From: a virus
Taxonomy: Duplodnaviria; Caudoviricetes
Direction: 5' to 3' (one strand)
Virus record (IMG/VR): IMGVR_UViG_3300038336_000023
Coordinates: 1 to 25,009 of that record
Length of the DNA: 25,009 nt
Positions 22,532 through 25,009 of the stretch are shown piece by piece (within the stretch, counting starts at the first letter, position 1; each line of letters begins with the position of its first letter). The notes beneath the pieces are model-generated. The model worked only from the letters and a program-made list of their open reading frames with translations. It ran no database searches and was not told the DNA's origin. The position numbers and the translations under genes were made by a program.

Positions 22532-23176
22532 ATGCAAACAGAATTAATTACAAAAAATGTTTTTAATTATTTTAGTTCTTTAACAAAAACAATGACAAAT
22601 GAAGAGAAGGAAAAATTAGCCGAAATTACCCTTGATGCAATATTTAAACAAGAAGCAAAAGTGGAAATGATGCCAGTTTTAAGTTTAAAAGAAATTGCGG
22701 AACAACAACGAAAAAAGCAAATAGAACAGAAAGAAAAAGGGAAATATCCGGAAATAAGCAAAGAAAAAAACGATAGCAGTTATGAAGATATTGTTTGGAC
22801 AAAAAATAGAATAAGAGGCAGAGAAAAATATGAAGGCAACGAAATTAAAATAAGAACTCCGAAAACTCAAACTATACTGGGCAATGAATTGGTTATGGGT
22901 GAAAAATTGATTAATTTTATAGGTAATCCCATAAAATGTTCGATATGTTTTAAAAAAGATGGTTCCCTGATTATTTATCCAGATGAGGAAAATGGAATGC
23001 TTGTGCAAAATAGAAATAATAAAAATAAAGCTAAGGTCATCAATATTAACAAGGAAGCAGGAGAAATAATTTTAAAAAATAAAAACAAATATCAACTTAA
23101 TCAAACAATCACAGCTATTAAAAAAGAATCAAATAATATATTGCCGAGACACATTGTTATTGAGACAATAAAATAA
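22532..23176 (+). CDS. Hypothetical AT-rich protein
   Basis: 214-aa ORF; AAGGAG RBS; visibly lower GC than its flanks. Confidence 0.75.
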   Translation: MQTELITKNVFNYFSSLTKTMTNEEKEKLAEITLDAIFKQEAKVEMMPVLSLKEIAEQQRKKQIEQKEKGKYPEISKEKNDSSYEDIVWTKNRIRGREKYEGNEIKIRTPKTQTILGNELVMGEKLINFIGNPIKCSICFKKDGSLIIYPDEENGMLVQNRNNKNKAKVININKEAGEIILKNKNKYQLNQTITAIKKESNNILPRHIVIETIK

Positions 23177-23194
23177 ATAATTTTAGCGCTACTA

Positions 23195-23241
23195 GAGAGC
23201 CACTTGATCCTTTAATAGGATTGGGTGGCTCTTTTTTTATT
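23195..23241 (+). terminator. Intrinsic terminator
   Basis: AGAGCCACTTGATCCT-TTAAT-AGGATTGGGTGGCTCT followed by a T run. Confidence 0.8.
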
Positions 23242-23254
23242 TGAGGTGAGAAAT

Positions 23255-23452
23255 ATGCCAAAATCAAGTAAATGTTGGCATTATGAATATATCAATATAG
23301 CCGAGACAGCCAACTGCACGAACTGCCAGCATTGGGATCCGAAGAAGAACAGGTGCAAGGACGAAGCTTTGATTATTGCGGAGTATGATAAACGACACCG
23401 GAGTTACGAATTAATGATGCAGAGTAATAAGGGGTTGAGATTAAATGGCTGA
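23255..23452 (+). CDS. Small Cys-containing protein
   Basis: MPKSSKCW...CTNCQHW; GAGGTGA RBS. Confidence 0.65.
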   Translation: MPKSSKCWHYEYINIAETANCTNCQHWDPKKNRCKDEALIIAEYDKRHRSYELMMQSNKGLRLNG

Positions 23453-23660
23453 CGTAAAAGGATTAACAGTAAATATACGAATAAGAGATATGGAGTGGTT
23501 TAAAGAGTTTAAGGATATTGTTGTCAATATGCTTGATGATAAAAGAATACAGGAAAATATCAGAAAAGAATATCATGGAGAAATGATGGCTGTGTTTGAT
23601 AAGTACCATAGTGATACCCCTGAAAATGTGGAGGTTGGAGATGCCATCGAGACCGCTTAG
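23445..23660 (+). CDS. Hypothetical protein
   Basis: ORF overlapping both neighbours; AAGGGG RBS. Confidence 0.65.
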   Translation: MADVKGLTVNIRIRDMEWFKEFKDIVVNMLDDKRIQENIRKEYHGEMMAVFDKYHSDTPENVEVGDAIETA

Positions 23661-24000
23661 ATGCTGCAGCTATCCAGGATGCCCCAATCTTGTGGTGAGT
23701 GGCAAGTGTGCGGAACATAGCAAGCAAGACAGGCAAAGACAAGATAGGCAACGAGGCAGTTTTAGGGAGCGAGGATATACATCTAATTGGGATAAACCAG
23801 GTGGCATAAGGGAAACAAAATTGAGGCGCGATCCTATTTGTCAACGCTGTGAGAGCAGAGGAACAATTAAGCCAGCTAAACTTGTCCATCATATAGTATC
23901 ATTAAGCAAAGGTGGATCTTTATCAGATATGAATAATCTATTAAGTCTTTGTGTTAAGTGTCATGATGAGATACACAGAGAGCAGGGGGATAAATGGTAA
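23641..24000 (+). CDS. Packaging-associated HNH endonuclease (HK97 gp74-like)
   Basis: MPSRPLRCCSYPGCPNL...RGY...W...PICQRC...VHHIV...GG...NLLSLCVKCHDEIH; typical of cos-phage terminase-adjacent HNH. Confidence 0.88.
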   Translation: MPSRPLRCCSYPGCPNLVVSGKCAEHSKQDRQRQDRQRGSFRERGYTSNWDKPGGIRETKLRRDPICQRCESRGTIKPAKLVHHIVSLSKGGSLSDMNNLLSLCVKCHDEIHREQGDKW

Positions 24001-24029
24001 AAGTTAAATAAATATAGTATAATTAAAAG

Positions 24030-24126
24030 TGTGGGATAGCCCCGAGTTAGCTACTTGGCGCGACAAGGTATCCGCGTACCTTCCCACAAAATAACAAATT
24101 CGCGGGAAAATAACTACTTATGCGGA
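24030..24126 (+). ncRNA. Structured RNA leader, three-way junction (copy 2)
   Basis: TATAAT at 24018; P1 TGTGGGA/TCCCACA; P2 CCGAGT-TAGCT-ACTTGG; P3 AGGTA-TCCGCG-TACCT; loop complements CGCGGG (24101) and TGCGGA (24121, at the RBS). Confidence 0.65.
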
Positions 24127-24140
24127 AGGTGGTTTTTGTT

Positions 24141-25009
24141 ATGTTTAAAAATAATGAACCAACAATTATATGTACAAAATGTAAAAGAACATTACCAGCG
24201 ACACACAATTATTTTCATCGTGATAAAAAATCAAAACATGGGTTATATCATGTGTGCCGCGAATGTAGAGGATATAAATTTGGGGAAATACTTAGATTAA
24301 CAAATCAAGGCAACTGCAATGTCGGAGGATGCAATAAGAAAGCAATAAAAAATGGATATTGTAACGCCCATAATCTAAAATATAAAAAATATGGAGACCC
24401 TCTCTTTAATGGCAGAAGGGAAAAATACAAACCAAAACCACGCAAATGTTTAGAGTGCGATGTTGAATTTATACCTAAAAAAGAGCAAGAGACTAAGCCT
24501 GTTAAATATTGTTCTAAAAAATGCAAAATAATTGCTCATAAAAAGTTAATGACAAAACCTAAACCAAAGTGTGTTGTATGTGATAAAGAAATGAGACGGT
24601 TCGATAATAAGCATTGTTCGGATAAATGCTACAAAGTGTCGCTAGAAAAGCAAAAAGAACAAACAAGAGTTAATAGTTTAATAACTTGTAGTGTGTGTGG
24701 AAAAGAATATGAATCAAGAAAAAATAGGGATAGTAAATATTGTTCCAGAGAATGTTATAACTTAATTCATAAGATATGCCAACATTGTGGGAAAGAGTTT
24801 AGTGGTAATGAACATAGCAAGTATTGTAGTGAAAAGTGTCAAAGAAATGCCTATAATAAAATAAATCCATGGCGCAACAGGGAGTCTGCACATAGAAGAA
24901 AAGCAAGGATAAAAAAGGTAAGAGTTGGGCATGTAAGTGGTAATGTTATATACCAAAGAGATAATGGGAAATGTCAAATATGCAGAAAGATGGTAGATAT
25001 AACATTGAG
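24141..25009 (+). CDS. Multi-zinc-finger HNH (homing-type) endonuclease, 3'-truncated
   Basis: Manual translation MFKNNEPTIICTKCKR...; four CxxC...(Y/H)CSxxC repeats, then HRRKARIK...IYQRDNGKCQIC (start of an HNH domain); open to the window end, so absent from the ORF track. Confidence 0.8.
   Translation, partial: MFKNNEPTIICTKCKRTLPATHNYFHRDKKSKHGLYHVCRECRGYKFGEILRLTNQGNCNVGGCNKKAIKNGYCNAHNLKYKKYGDPLFNGRREKYKPKPRKCLECDVEFIPKKEQETKPVKYCSKKCKIIAHKKLMTKPKPKCVVCDKEMRRFDNKHCSDKCYKVSLEKQKEQTRVNSLITCSVCGKEYESRKNRDSKYCSRECYNLIHKICQHCGKEFSGNEHSKYCSEKCQRNAYNKINPWRNRESAHRRKARIKKVRVGHVSGNVIYQRDNGKCQICRKMVDITL

Noticed and set aside
24055-24977. Track ORFs 24055-24300, 24305-24526 and 24762-24977
   Set aside because: They overlap the RNA leader and the real open frame starting at 24141.

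Overview
The window is a contiguous stretch of a temperate tailed-phage genome of a low-GC Firmicute. A spore-forming Clostridia-type host is inferred from the gene families, RBS style and a Spo0A-like box. Gene order: end of tail module, lysis (two holin-like genes, Amidase_3 endolysin), a ~5 kb accessory region, cI/cro switch, Rha, DNA-modification genes, SbcC-like ATPase/RecT/MBL/SSB recombination module, replisome organizer with iterons, small ORFs, ArpU-type late activator, then HNH genes. No integrase or att site lies between lysis and immunity. That slot instead holds (1) a plasmid-like module (antisense-RNA-controlled HTH initiator with internal iterons plus a single MerR/coiled-coil Par-like protein), suggesting a phage-plasmid, and (2) next to the cI/cro switch, a non-canonical agr-like operon. 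This operon has a short AgrB-like protease with an intact His/Cys pair, two membrane proteins, and a leaderless, Cys-less AgrD-like peptide (MGFFIFGEP...) nested in frame at the end of one membrane gene. A three-way-junction RNA motif occurs twice with different stem sequences. All family calls are by motif recognition, not database search.
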